Shown here piece after piece: positions 37,620 through 49,351 of a stretch of DNA of 64,000 nucleotides (positions within the stretch are counted from its first letter, which is position 1; every line of letters begins with the position of its first letter). The stretch lies in NCBI RefSeq assembly GCF_963921235.1, contig NC_086118.1, positions 19,036,001 through 19,100,000 of the forward strand, given 5' to 3'. The notes beneath the pieces are model-generated. The model made no database searches. It had not been told where the DNA came from and saw only the letters and a program-made list of their open reading frames with translations. The DNA is from Mobula hypostoma. Its lineage: Eukaryota. Made by a program: the position numbers and the translations under genes.

Positions 37620-40600
37620 TTCCCACTGCTTAGCTATAAACTCCAACAATATAGAATGCATCTCAACTCAAATATGTAACATGTTTCTCTCCAGTCATTA
37701 TATATATCTATATCTATATCTTGTGGGATAATGTCTTTCCTGAAAAACTCTGCCAAGACAATTCAGGCCACTCCCCGGGATGGAGAGGTACTGCTCTCGG
37801 CATCTTCAAGAAGTTTTGGAATCCTGAACAGTACATGGAAAGCTGCTTGATCTGCTGATCTATCCCAGGTAAAGATTCAAGCTAATGCTTTCAGGTTGAC
37901 AATGCCTTGGTATACCTCCTCCAATATTTCTTCTCTCAGTTTGGATGGTACAACAACTCTTAATCCACACATAAGGCAAACCTAATCAAGGGCAAGTTCA
38001 TCTCGGTGTTGGTAAACTTAGGGGAACTGGAATTTCTGCTACACAATCCAGCCACTTTAGGTTGCAATGTAGGCCTGAGAGAGCATGGGGTCGTTTTTAG
38101 TTTCCCTTTGGATCATCTCTGCCATAATAAGATGTCTTTCGATTTGCATTGGGGAGATGTTAAAAGGAGTGTCCACTTTTGTAAAATTTCAAAGTACTTC
38201 CTTTTCCAAGGACAAACCAGACAATCCATCAACATTTCCATGATTAATTGTCCTCCAGAATTCAATCTTGTTATTGGTCTTCCAAAAAACAGAGCCCATC
38301 TCTGCATTTGTGCTGTTGCGGTTAGGGAAAAACCTTTTTGTGGATTGAAAATGGAAAGCAATCCTACACTGCTTTGCCATTGCCATTTCTTCCTGATCTG
38401 TAGTAATGAGTGCAAGGGGTGGAGCACAGTAGCTGGGTTTGACAGGAACTTGTTATCTTACTGTACAAATCCTAAAAATTACTATGACTGTGACATATTC
38501 TTTGGCCTTGGCCATCCACCACTGCTTGAATTTTCTGAGCCAACTTACGTAAATCTTGTGCATCAATGCTGTGACCACTTGATTCTTGCTTTAAAGAATT
38601 CATACTTGTTGCATTGTGCTCTGAGCCAATAATTTTCTAATCATTTTAACACCATCTTGAGATTTTGGAGATGTTCTTTGTCATCCTCACCGGTAACAAT
38701 GGTGTCATCCAGGTAACAATGCGTACTAGTGCAGCCTTGCAATACCTGGTCCATAACTTTCTGTCAGCAGGTGCAGAAGCTACTCCAAAAATAAGTCTAT
38801 TGTAGTGAAAAAGCCCTTTGTGGGTGTTTGTGGTGAGAAACACTTTGGACTTTTCTTCCACTTCCATCTGTAGGTAAGCCTGAGCTAAGTCTACTTTGCT
38901 GAAGTGTTTCCTTCCAGAAAGGTGTGCAAGGATATCCTCTATCCCAGGCAGAGTTAATCTACTTTCAGTACTGGATTCATGGTGACAAAATCACCACAGA
39001 TCTTCACAGACCCATACCTCTTGGTTACTGAGAGCACTGACATGGCCCGTGGGCTCCACTGGACCTTGAAAGGAATTCCTGCAGCCTCCTTGCAATCTAG
39101 TTTTCTGGCTACTTAATTACCGATGTTATAAGGAACCAGATAGCCAAGGTAAAACTTGAGTGTGACATTTTCATTCAACACTATTTTACCCTTGATATGT
39201 TTGAGTTTTCTTTTGCTGTTCTTGAACACTGCTGTGCATCATCCATTGCCTTTCTTAATTTGCCTTCCGTTGACTCTGTTTCAGGGAATGTGGCATGCAA
39301 ATGAAGGATGCATCTCCAATCAAGATGTAGCTGTATTATCCAATCACAATTCCACAATGCTGGCCCTCCTGTTTTTAACCACATACAACCTACTGTGGCT
39401 TGTTGGTTGTTGTAGTTCACTGTTACGAATATCATTCCCACAGGAGTTAATGTATCTTTTCTCCAGTATAAGTTCTTAGCTGGGTATCTGCAGGTTTCAG
39501 TTCAGTATTTTAAAACGCCTTTCAAACTCCTTTTGTGGAATGTTTGAAACAACAAGCCAGCATCCAATTCTATTTTAATGAACTTGCCTTTCACTCCTTT
39601 TGTAAGCTATATTGCTTGTCACTTGTTATATTTCGCATTGTAAATCTTAAGGCAATGTAGTTCCTCTTCACTCTCATCGTTATCAGATTTTTCATCAACA
39701 CTATGCAGATTATTGCTCTTTTTGAAACTGCAACTTGACTTTATATCTTATTCTCTTCCTTGTGCCATCCATTTATTTTTGCCTTGCCAACATATTCTCT
39801 GTATGTGTCCTACTTTGTTGCAATTTCTGCAAGTTTCACCTTTAAACCTATATTGGTCTAGTGTATGTTAGCCCCTGCCACATTAGTAACACATTTTTAA
39901 GCTAAGGTAGGTGTCTATTTAGACATTATGATTTTGTTCACGTTCACTTTCATTCCTGACTGCAACTCAATTGTGACTCTGGCTGCTGTTTCCCTTCATA
40001 CTGCTCTATCAATTGTTAATTGTGCTTCAATTAGGAGCCATTTTTGAATGCCTGCTTATAATATTCCATAAACTAAACGATCTCTCAGTGCATCATTCAA
40101 CCTAGTACTGAACTGACAGTGCTCAGACAATCTTTTCACTTTAGGCACTTAAGCTGAAATGGACTCCCCTTCCTTTTGTTTCAGCTTATGAAATCTAAAG
40201 CGTTCTGCATTCAACAATGGTTTTGGTTCTAAGTATACTTGAATTACATTCATGATATCAGCAAAGCTCATTTTGGCTGTTTTGGTTGGAGCAATTAAAC
40301 TTGTAATCAAACTCTATGCTTTACCATCTATTGCACTCAGTAACACTAGCACTCACTTTTTTCCATTGGCTATTTCATTTGCTTCAAAATGCTGCACAAT
40401 TCATTCAGTATACATCATCCAGTTACCTGTTGTGCAATCAAATGCATCTATCTTTCTGATATAGGCCGGCATTTCTGCTTATTTATTTATTTATTTATTT
40501 ATTATTATCACCCAGTACTCACTACTTATGTATCCATGAATTTCATTTTTCTTCCTTTTTTTTTAAGAGGAATGTTTCTTTCCCCTTCCAAAGGAAAAAA

Positions 40601-40669
40601 AAACGGGTTGCGCTTTAATATGTAGATAGGCTCTTCGGGCTCATTTCAAAAATTCCTCATCATCACTTT

Positions 40670-40918
40670 TGTGATTTGTAACTCCAGAAACTAATTGAAA
40701 GGAAAAGTAAAGGCACTTAGGAAAATGTGACTACTTCATTTCTCTTTCAGTGAGTTGCATACATAAGACTTGGTGTCGTAATGACGTCTACCATCTATCT
40801 ATCTATGTACTTCTTGCATATAACCCATAATGAATCATGTGAACAACCAAAGAATGTTCAATCAAACAATATACGTACAGTTTTTCTCTAATATTATTGA
40901 AGTATTAAATACACCCCA
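40670..40918 (-). repeat. 5' LTR of the Gypsy element
   Basis: Similar to 37398-37619; followed on the minus strand by a decayed PBS-like gtgatgatgagga. Confidence 0.75.
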
Positions 40919-41644
40919 TTTATAATACAAGATCTGATTCCATGCAATAGGTTACTGTATTGAAATATTGGAAAGTATTTGGGCTGTGAAATATTTGCAC
41001 AATGCACTTCGATGAGCAGAGACTAATTTGTAGGCTGAGCTCCAATGGAGGAGCTGAGAATAGAAAGCTGAACGGGCTGCCAGATCTCCCTGATGTGAGG
41101 CATCTCTGAAGCCCCGTTCAAGAGACAGATTGGAGACACAGTTTAACATCTATTTAAGGCGGTATTTACAATCTACTATTATTGCACTGGGGATCTGGCT
41201 TGGCTTCTAAGCTGCAAAAACTTGCAACTTTCTGTTTTACCTAATACGAGCTCATATACCCAATTCAGTTGACCCAGACCTTAATGTAGGTCTATGAGTA
41301 AACAGGGCTCTACTATGGACTAAAATGTATTATTAACTCAATTGCAAATATTAGTTCTTTTCCAAGGGTAACCAGAATCCATGCTTCATAAGTTAGAAAA
41401 TTCATTTTATGTCGACAAATGTGTATTTTTGTTAACTTACAAGGAAGATGTGTTTGTCCCCTTAATATTCCAGCATAAACTTTGCAAACCGTGTGACAGC
41501 AAGTACCTAGGATGTAACACTCTCAATGTCCTTCATATTAGCATCACCAATCACACCAAATCTGAATTGGATTTAAAACTCAAATTAAAAGTGAAAATGA
41601 ATGTGGGATTACAAAATTTGAGCCATCAAAATTCGGAATAACTT

Positions 41645-42170
41645 TTGATGGAGAATGGACGTGAAAGCACAGAAGAACATCTGGAGCAATTACTGAAACG
41701 CCCGTTCGCTGCTGTCGTTACTGTGTGGACGGGAATCTTTCAGAGAGTAGGCCTCAAAATCCCCGGGCTTGCCTGCTTTTGGCGACCGAGAAGGAGGTTG
41801 AATTGTTCGGACAGAGATGGCGCTCAGTCCTCGGTGTCGGAAAGCTGATGAGAACTCGAAGTTTTCGGATGACTCAGAGTCGGATTGTGGTTGGCATGGC
41901 AGGGAGAGTTTTTCTTCCTTCTCCCGTCTGCGTGAGATGTGGGACATCTGAGAAACTTTGAACTTCACTGTGCTCATGGACTTCTTCATCAAGTTATGGT
42001 ATTGTTACACTGTTTGTAACTATATGTTATAATTATGTGGTTTTGTCAATTTTTTTAGTCTTGGTTTGTCCTGTGTTTTGTGATATCACACCGGAAGAAT
42101 AATGTATCATTTCTTAATGCATGCATTACTAAATAACAATAAAAGAGGACTACATGTCTTCATAATCATA
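41645..42170 (+). mobile_element. Non-autonomous retroposon, copy B (5'-truncated)
   Basis: Shares gaacatctggag, ctcgaagttttcgga, gttataattatgtgg, tgtatcatttcttaatg and caataaaagagga with copies A and C. Confidence 0.75.
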
Positions 42171-42507
42171 TATATATAAAGGCACTAAGACATGCAAAAC
42201 AGAGTTCAATAAATGGGTGTTGAGTAACAGAATGACCTCTCTTGTACCTGTTCTTAATAATTGATGACCAGGTTGCAGTGGAGCTAGAGACAAAGTGAAC
42301 AGTGATTTCCATTGCAAATGACCATTTAATTACTGTTCTTTAATACTGGAAGTGTATTCTTTACCTTCTGAAAAAAAAACCTTTAAAAATTCAAAGCACG
42401 GCAATAATATGTTGATTTTGTGCGCTGTCAGCTGAAAATACATGCCATCACTGAGAAAGCTGACACTGTAATTTAGTTACTAGTTAATTATATGGCCTGA
42501 AACTTAC

Positions 42508-42624
42508 CTTATTCTGTACATACATTCACAAAATAACTTATTACAGCAAGGGTCTGCTGGGTGATGTAAATCTTGAAGAACTTCGAGTCAAATAATTGAA
42601 GTGAATATCACATCCACAAATCCT
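42508..42624 (-). other. Candidate 117-nt non-coding/UTR exon
   Basis: Minus strand ttttccgatttcag|AGGA...AATAAG|gtaagt; stops in all three frames; non-repetitive context. Confidence 0.3.
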
Positions 42625-43759
42625 CTGAAATCGGAAAACAGAAGTGGAAAATTTAAACACATACCATAATTATGCTTTTATAGCTACAAAGGAAGTACTG
42701 AGGAGGGCAGAATGAAAATACTTACAAAATCAGCAATACAATGGAAATTTCCAAAACTCTCTTGAAAAGACTTTTCTGCTAAAATTAAAATAGATTTCTT
42801 AATTTTATAAGTTAATGTTTTTATGCCATAGTTTTAATTTCAATTTATTAGTTTTTCAACAAAGGGCTCGATATTTATAGCTGTTGATACAGATGTGTCT
42901 CCATATGTATGATAGATAATTATTAGTCACTGCAAAACAGCTGGTCTGAGCTTCCTCATCTTGCCCACTTTCCCAGTTCGCATTTATTCATTGTTTTGTC
43001 TCATATTTTCTTCCCTCAATTTATGAATGAAATTATGATAGACTCAGATCTAACTAAAGAGTGTATGGATTTGCTGTGCATATTGATCATGCCGTCAAAA
43101 AATCAGCCAAAATGGAAAAAAAGGTGGCGCATTCTACTCAATAGCTTCAATTGATAAACATTTCAGTCATTGGACTGTGCAATTCCCAAAGCTTGAATTT
43201 ATGAAATGATGGAAAATAACAATTCAACTTCAAAGCTCAATCTTCAAACAAACAGTTAGAAAGGGCCTAGGTTTTTCAGCTTTCCTGCGTTATTACATAT
43301 CCTCTACATCTTTCATATCTCCTGCCTGTAGATTTATTAATGAACAGCTGTGCCCCGTTGTACTTCCGTCACATTTAACCTCTTTTTGTAATAACATACA
43401 CAGTTGAACTGAAGCAATTTAAATTAGTTCCAGGTTATACAACTTTCCTGAAGTATTGTGCGATGTATTATCACAGATAAGAGAGTAAACCCTCAACAAT
43501 CTCCTTCACCTTGGGAACAGGTAAAAGCACGGAAGCTGCGTCTTGCTTAAGTGTCACATCAGAGGAGCAAAGATTTAATTCTACTATGGTCTCAGTTATG
43601 GCTTTTGCATTAGTCCAATCCCAGCTTAATGATGGCTGCAATGTCTTTAGACTAGACATGGGTCCAAGATCCATTTCAGAATCCTGAGAACATATCTGGG
43701 CTGATGCTTCAATGCAGTGATGTAGTATTGCATTCTCAGAGGTGACCCTTTTGTCGCTT

Positions 43760-44035
43760 TGTTTATTTACTTATTATTGGGGTAGAGCATGGAATAGGCC
43801 CTTCTAGCCCTTTGAGCTGCACTGTCCAACCTCTCCTGATTTAACACTAGCCTAATCATGAAAACAATTTACAATGGCCAATTAACCTACTAACTGTGGG
43901 AGGAAACCGTAGCACCTGGAGGAAACCCACACAGTCATGGGGAGCACATACAAACTCCTTACCGACAGTGGTGGGAATTGAACCTGGGTCACTGATACTG
44001 TAAAGCATTCTGCTAACCACTATGCTACTGTACTG
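43760..44035 (-). mobile_element. V-SINE/HE1-like tRNA-SINE
   Basis: Minus strand A box TAGCATAGTGG (44017-27) and B box GGTTCAATTCC (43974-84), V-like core, CR1-like tail. Confidence 0.75.
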
Positions 44036-44495
44036 TTCTGATTGAGATGCTATCTTCCTCTCAACTGGATTGGAGAAAATCCCATAGCATCATTCAATTT
44101 TTAGTGCGATAGAACTATTGGAGAGAAGAGGTCAGAGAGAATGGAAACAAGCCCTTCGGCCATCTGGTCTATGCCAAACAAGATGCCCCTCAAAGCTAGA
44201 CCCATCTGCTTGCAATTGGCCTGTAACCTTCTAAATCTTTCCAATCCATGTGCTTGTCCAGCTGTCTTTTCAATATTTTTTATTGAGCCTAACATCCACT
44301 TCCTCTGGTAGATGATTCCATAGATATCACCCTTTATGTGTTAAAAAAAAAGTCCTTCCCCTTTAATCTTTCCCCTCTCACCCTAAACCTATGCCCTCTA
44401 CGTCTTGATTCCTCAAATCTTGGAAAAGACTGATCACATCCACCCTATCTAAAATCCTAGACCTCTCCCTTGTTACATACAACTTGTATCTAACT

Positions 44496-45318
44496 TGTTA
44501 CATACTTAATGGATGTCTTGTGACTGTCTTATGAGGATGATGTAGTGGTCTTGCGGAGGTCACATGATGTAATTTTCCCACCAGTGAGGTCACATGATAA
44601 CCTGTTCTCAACAGGTATATAAAAGAGACTCCTGATGTGACACAGTTGGGTTTTCAGTTTAGTTTTGTGTTAGATACTCCGTTTTTTGCTGTGTATTCGG
44701 CTGATGACGCAGTTTTGTTTTAAAGTGGAGTTCTACTTTCTATTATAAGTAGTATTGAAGAGTGAAGACCTTACCAAAATTCAGGAATTCGCCAAGTCGA
44801 ATAAAGTTGGTGTCATTTGGCAGTTTCGTAAAGGATTGACCTTATTGATTGATTCTTTAGTCAAGAGATAGTGACCTACATCTGAGATAACTCCTCCCAA
44901 AAGAGCAAGGAAGTTTGTGCAAGGTTCGCTCCCCAGGAAAAAGGTCAGTTCCTTTTAAGCCATTTATTTCCGTCGTTGTGAACCCTGCAGACAAGGCAGG
45001 TTCTGGCTGCGATCAGCAGTAATGACACGTCTTCGAGGAATTCTTTACTTCAGGTAAGTCTCTCCTAATTGACTGCATAAATCTCTTGGACTTTCGAATT
45101 TACCATTCTAAGAACTGTGTTCGAATTTACCACTTTAAGAACTGTTTTCGCATTTACCCTTTTAAGAACTGCTCCAGAGTTGCCATATAGCAGTTAACTT
45201 CTGGTTAAGTTAGTTGTTTAAATACATTTTGCTATTTTGGAGCAAAGTTTAATAAATGTTTGTTTGTTTTTATAAAACCTGACTCAATTCTATTTTCATT
45301 GTTGCCGGTGACGTGACA
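44496..45318 (+). mobile_element. Solo LTR (Gypsy- or ERV-type), copy 1
   Basis: TGTTAC..GTGACA ends; AACT TSD (44492-95 / 45319-22); TATATAAAA 44616-24; AATAAA 45251-56. Confidence 0.85.
45093..45173 (+). repeat. 3 x 27-bp tandem repeat within the LTR
   Basis: ttcgaatttaccattctaagaactgtg / ttcgaatttaccactttaagaactgtt / ttcgcatttacccttttaagaactgct; also present in copy 2 (~47580-47660). Confidence 0.85.
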
Positions 45319-46299
45319 AACTCAGTCACTCGACTGTAAATCATTCCCACACCCCCTCCAGTTTAATTACATTTTTCCTATAGCAGGGTGACTAGAACTG
45401 AACATGATACTCTAAGTGCAGCCTCACCAGTGTCTTGTCCAACTGTATTATAACCTCCCAACTTGCCCTGACTTATGAATGCCAGTGTGCCAAAAGGCAT
45501 CCACACTGTCAACCTGGGACTGCACTTCTAGGGAACCATGTACTTGTTCTCCAAAGTCCCCCAATTCTACAACACTCCTCTGAGGCCCTGCCATTCATTG
45601 TGAAAGTCCTACCTGGATTTGAATTTCTAAAATGCAAAACTTGCACTTATCTGAATTGAACTCCAGGGGAGTTCGTTGCCTTTTCCCATTAGCACTTAGC
45701 TTGCGATCAATATCACAAAAACAGACTATCGTATTTTCAAAAGCAACTCATTGGGTGTGAAGTGTTCTAGGTTATCTTGAAATCTGAAGAAATGTAGAAT
45801 AAATGGAAGGAACTGTGACTTTGCAATTGTGTGCCAAGAGTTAGGACCAAACAACACTTTTTTTTCAGTGCTATGCAATTCAAAATTGATTTAATCCAGG
45901 GTAAATCACATTAGTGATCATTTCTAAATGTAGTTACACCAATGCCAAAATGAATTTGGACATTTCTGTTGCAATCCACATTAGTGGTTATGACATTTTA
46001 ACAGCATTAGACACACTTCTGTTCATCTCAATCATATTTCATCCCCTTCCCACAGAAACATAATCTTCAGAAAATGTCTGCCATTGACTAGTCACAGAAA
46101 AACATGAAGCACAACAAGTTGTGTTCATTATATGTCACCACTTAGAGGTCCATTCTGCTGATATCAGGACAGCTCCTAGGTAACTTCAGAAAAATACTCT
46201 CAAGGTCTTCAGGACGTGCTCAGATTATCTGGAGTTGTTTGATGTGGTATTTCACTACTGACAAACTCATCCTTATCAATCTTTATCAATGAAACACAT

Positions 46300-46915
46300 C
46301 TTACTGAATGCATAACAGTTTCATATGGCATCCTCCGCACGGGACTGCAAGAAATTGCAGTGAGTTGTGGACACAGCCCAGTACATCGAATAAATCAGCC
46401 TCTACTCTAGGAACTCTGTTATTTTTCTTACTGTCGCAGAAAAGCAGCCAGCATAACTGGACGTTGTACATTGCACACCCTAGACATTCTCTCTTCTCCT
46501 CTCTTCCTTCAGGCAGCGGATATGAAAGCCTGAAAGCATATACCACCAAGCTCAGGGACAGCTTCTATCCCACTCGAAATAGATTTTTGAACAGACTTCT
46601 TGCATGACAAACACGAGGAATTCTGCAGATGCTGGAAATTCAAGCAACACACATCAAAGTTGCTGCCTGGCCTGCTGCGTTCACCAGCAACTTTGATGTG
46701 TGTTCCTTGCATGACAAAATGCTCTTGATCTTACAATCTACCTTGTTATCATCTTGCACTTCATTGTTTATATAGCTGTTGCACTTTATGCTGCATTGCT
46801 GTGTTTTACCTTGTTCGATCTCAATGCACTGTGTATTGATTAGATCTGTATGAACAGTATGCAAGTCAAGTTTTTCACTGTGTCTTGATACATGTGACAA
46901 TAATAAACCAATATC
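46300..46915 (+). mobile_element. Rex1/Babar 3' fragment
   Basis: HPRHSLFSSLPSGSGYESLKAYTTKLRDSFYP; ends catgtgacaataataaacc. Confidence 0.75.
46612..46705. mobile_element. 94-bp Penelope-terminus fold-back insertion
   Basis: 13-bp TSD CTTGCATGACAAA (46599-611 / 46706-718); perfect 20-bp stem 46646-65 / 46685-704. Confidence 0.85.
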
Positions 46916-47924
46916 GATATCAAACCCAATTATTCAATGAGTTCCACTGTAGTTATACTATTGGAATATATTTTGAATGAAAGCTGCAGATTAGGGAATT
47001 GCAGGCGTCCCAGGCAGTTTCTGGAGGCACAGGACTGTGCACGTGCACTGAACATACCGAATCGAAACGCTCAGATACAAGATCCCGCCTGGATCACTTT
47101 AATGAAGAATATATTCTTCGGCTCAGGTCTCCGAAGGCTATTACCAAGAGATGTGATGTTCTGCAGCCTGTCTTCAGCACCAATTTACCCAGACTAACTT
47201 CTCTCAGAGGATAGTGAATCTGGAATTCTCTGCGCCAGAGGGTCTCTGGGCAACTGAATGTTGTTCAAACTTAGCTTACTTTTCTCAGTTAAAGCATTTG
47301 TTTTACGTATGTATCCTACGTTTTCAGGGCAAGTATCAAATTGGTGTTGCACAGAATTGAGACTACTCCTTTGAATATTTTGGACTTGGGTGTGCAACAT
47401 ACAGAATAAAGGAGTATGCCTGTTGTCACGTGACCTGCAACAATGAATATAGTAATGAGTCAGCTTCTATAAACAAATAAACATTGATTAAACTCAGCTC
47501 AAAATTAGTAAAAAGATAAACGAAAAATCTTAACCGGAAGTAAACTGCTATGCGGTCATTTAACAAACCGCCACTCAGTACTAGTTCTTAAAGTGGTAAA
47601 TGTGAAAACAGTCTTAAAGTGGTAAATTTGAACACAGTTCTTCGAATGGTAAAATTTGAAAGTCCAAGAGATTTATACAGTCAATTAGGAGAGACTTTCC
47701 TGAAGTAAAGAATTCCTTGAAGACATGACGTTACTGTCGATCCCAGCCAGAACCTGCCTTGTCCGCAGGACTCACGACGACGGAAATAAAATGATTTAAA
47801 GGCACTGACCTTTTTCCTCTGTGGACTAGATACTGCACAACCTTTCTGCTGCTTTTAGCAGAGGTTATCTCATGCAGATCTCTCTTTCTTGAATGAATTC
47901 AATGATGGTCCATCCGCTCCAAAA

Positions 47925-49351
47925 AATGAGGGAGAGAGAAACCGGGGAATTATAGGCCGGTTAGCCTAACGTCGGTGGTGGGGAAACTGCTGGAGTCAGT
48001 TATCAAGGATGTGATAACAGCACATTTGGAAAGCGGTGAAATGATCGGACAAAGTCAGCATGGATTTGTGAAAGGAAAATCATGTCTGACGAATCTCATA
48101 GAATTTTTTGAGGATGTAACTAGTAGAGTGGATAGGGGAGAACCAGTGGATGTGGTATATTTGGATTTTCAAAAGGCTTTTGACAAGGTCCCACACAGGA
48201 GATTAGTGTGCAAACTTAAAGCACACGGTATTGGGGGTAAGGTATTGGTGTGGGTGGAGAATTGGTTAGCAGACAGGAAGCAAAGAGTGGGAATAAACGG
48301 GACCTTTTCAGAATGGCAGGCGGTGACTAGTGGGGTACCGCAAGGCTCAGTGCTGGGACCCCAGTTGTTTACAATATATATTAATGACTTGGATGAGGGA
48401 ATTAAATGTAGCATCTCCAAGTTTGCAGATGACACGAAGCTGGGTGGCAGTGTTAGCAGTGAGGAGGATGCTAAGAGGATGCAGGGTGACTTGGATAGGT
48501 TGGGTGAGTGGGCAAACTCATGGCAGATGCAATTTAATGTGGATAAATGTGAAGTTATCCACTTTGGTGGCAAAAATAGGAAAACAGATTATTATCTGAA
48601 TGGTGGCCGATTAGGAAAAGGAGAGGTGCAACGAGACCTGGGTGTCATTATACATCAGTCATTGAAAGTGGGCATGCAGGTACAGCAGGCGGTGAAAAAG
48701 GCGAACGGTATGCTGGCATTTATAGCGAGAGGATTCGAGTACAGGAGCAGGGAGGTACTACTGCAGTTGTACAAGGCCTTGGTGAGACCACACCTGGAGT
48801 ATTGTGTGCAGTTTTGGTCCCCTAATCTGAGGAAAGACATCTTTGCCATAGAGGGAGTACAAAGAAGGTTCACCAGATTGATTCCTGGGATGGCAGGTCT
48901 TTCATATGAAGAAAGACTGGATGAACTGGGCTTGTACTCGTTGGAATTTAGAAGATTGAGGGGGGATCTGATTGAAACGTATAAGATCCTAAAGGGATTG
49001 GACAGGCTAGATGCGGGAAGATTGTTCCCGATGTTGGGGAGGTCCAGAACGAGGGGTCACAGTTTGAGGATAGAGGGGAAGCCTTTTAGGACCGAGATTA
49101 GGAAAAACTTCTTCACACAGAGAGTGGTGAATCTGTGGAATTCTCTGCCACAGCAAACTGTTGAGGCCAGTTCATTGGCTATGTTTAAGAGGGAGTTAGA
49201 TATGGCCCTTGTGGCTACAGGGGTCAGGGGATATGGAGGGAAGGCTGGGTTCTGAGTTGGATGATCAGCCATGATCATAATAAACGGCGGTGCAGGCTCG
49301 AAGGGCCGAATGGCCTACTCCTGCACCTATTTTCTATGTTTCTATGTTTCT
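47925..49351 (+). mobile_element. Young 5'-truncated CR1 LINE
   Basis: Uninterrupted RT frame, retained CpGs, (TTTCTATG)n tail. Confidence 0.95.
47975..49255 (+). pseudogene. CR1 ORF2 reverse transcriptase plus C-terminus, 426 aa open frame (no promoter, endonuclease or true start)
   Basis: NYRPVSLTS just upstream in frame; YLDFQKAFDKVPH, SGVPQGSVLGP, KFADDTKL (FADD 48422-33), LVRPHLEYCVQFWSP. Confidence 0.92.

Larger units (their letters stand above)
37398..40918 (-). mobile_element. Gypsy/Ty3 LTR retrotransposon, decayed and internally deleted
   Basis: Paired TG..CA LTRs; gag start near 40470 (KIDAFDCTT.NW); two CCHC-like knuckles ~39790-39890; protease-like ELD(A)G ~39560; RT TNTHKGLFHYNRLIFGVASAPA and YLDD ~38704-15; integrase largely absent. 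Confidence 0.85.
44105..45661 (-). mobile_element. CR1 3' fragment interrupted by a solo LTR
   Basis: ggaaacaagcccttcggc tail; ccagaactg-like (CVQFW) at 45390-45430; aaatgcaaaacttgcactt at 45630. Confidence 0.65.
43655..45810 (+). mobile_element. DeuSINE-like element split by later insertions (pieces ~43655-43752, 44036-44100, 45662-45810)
   Basis: cagaggtg.cccttt | gattgagatg..aaatcccatagca | caggggagtt..aatatcacaaaaacaga..ttcaaaagcaactcattgg occur in Deu-domain order. Confidence 0.5.

Noticed and set aside
38006..38632. 208-aa plus-strand ORF
   Set aside because: Antisense shadow of decayed Gypsy pol.
45093..45173. 27-bp repeats as a CRISPR-like array
   Set aside because: Head-to-tail with no spacers, inside a eukaryotic LTR, and present in both LTR copies.
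47975..49255. 426-aa ORF as a host gene or a novel RT system
   Set aside because: Standard CR1 ORF2 3' part with a CR1 tail, 5'-truncated, GTG start inside the conserved frame.
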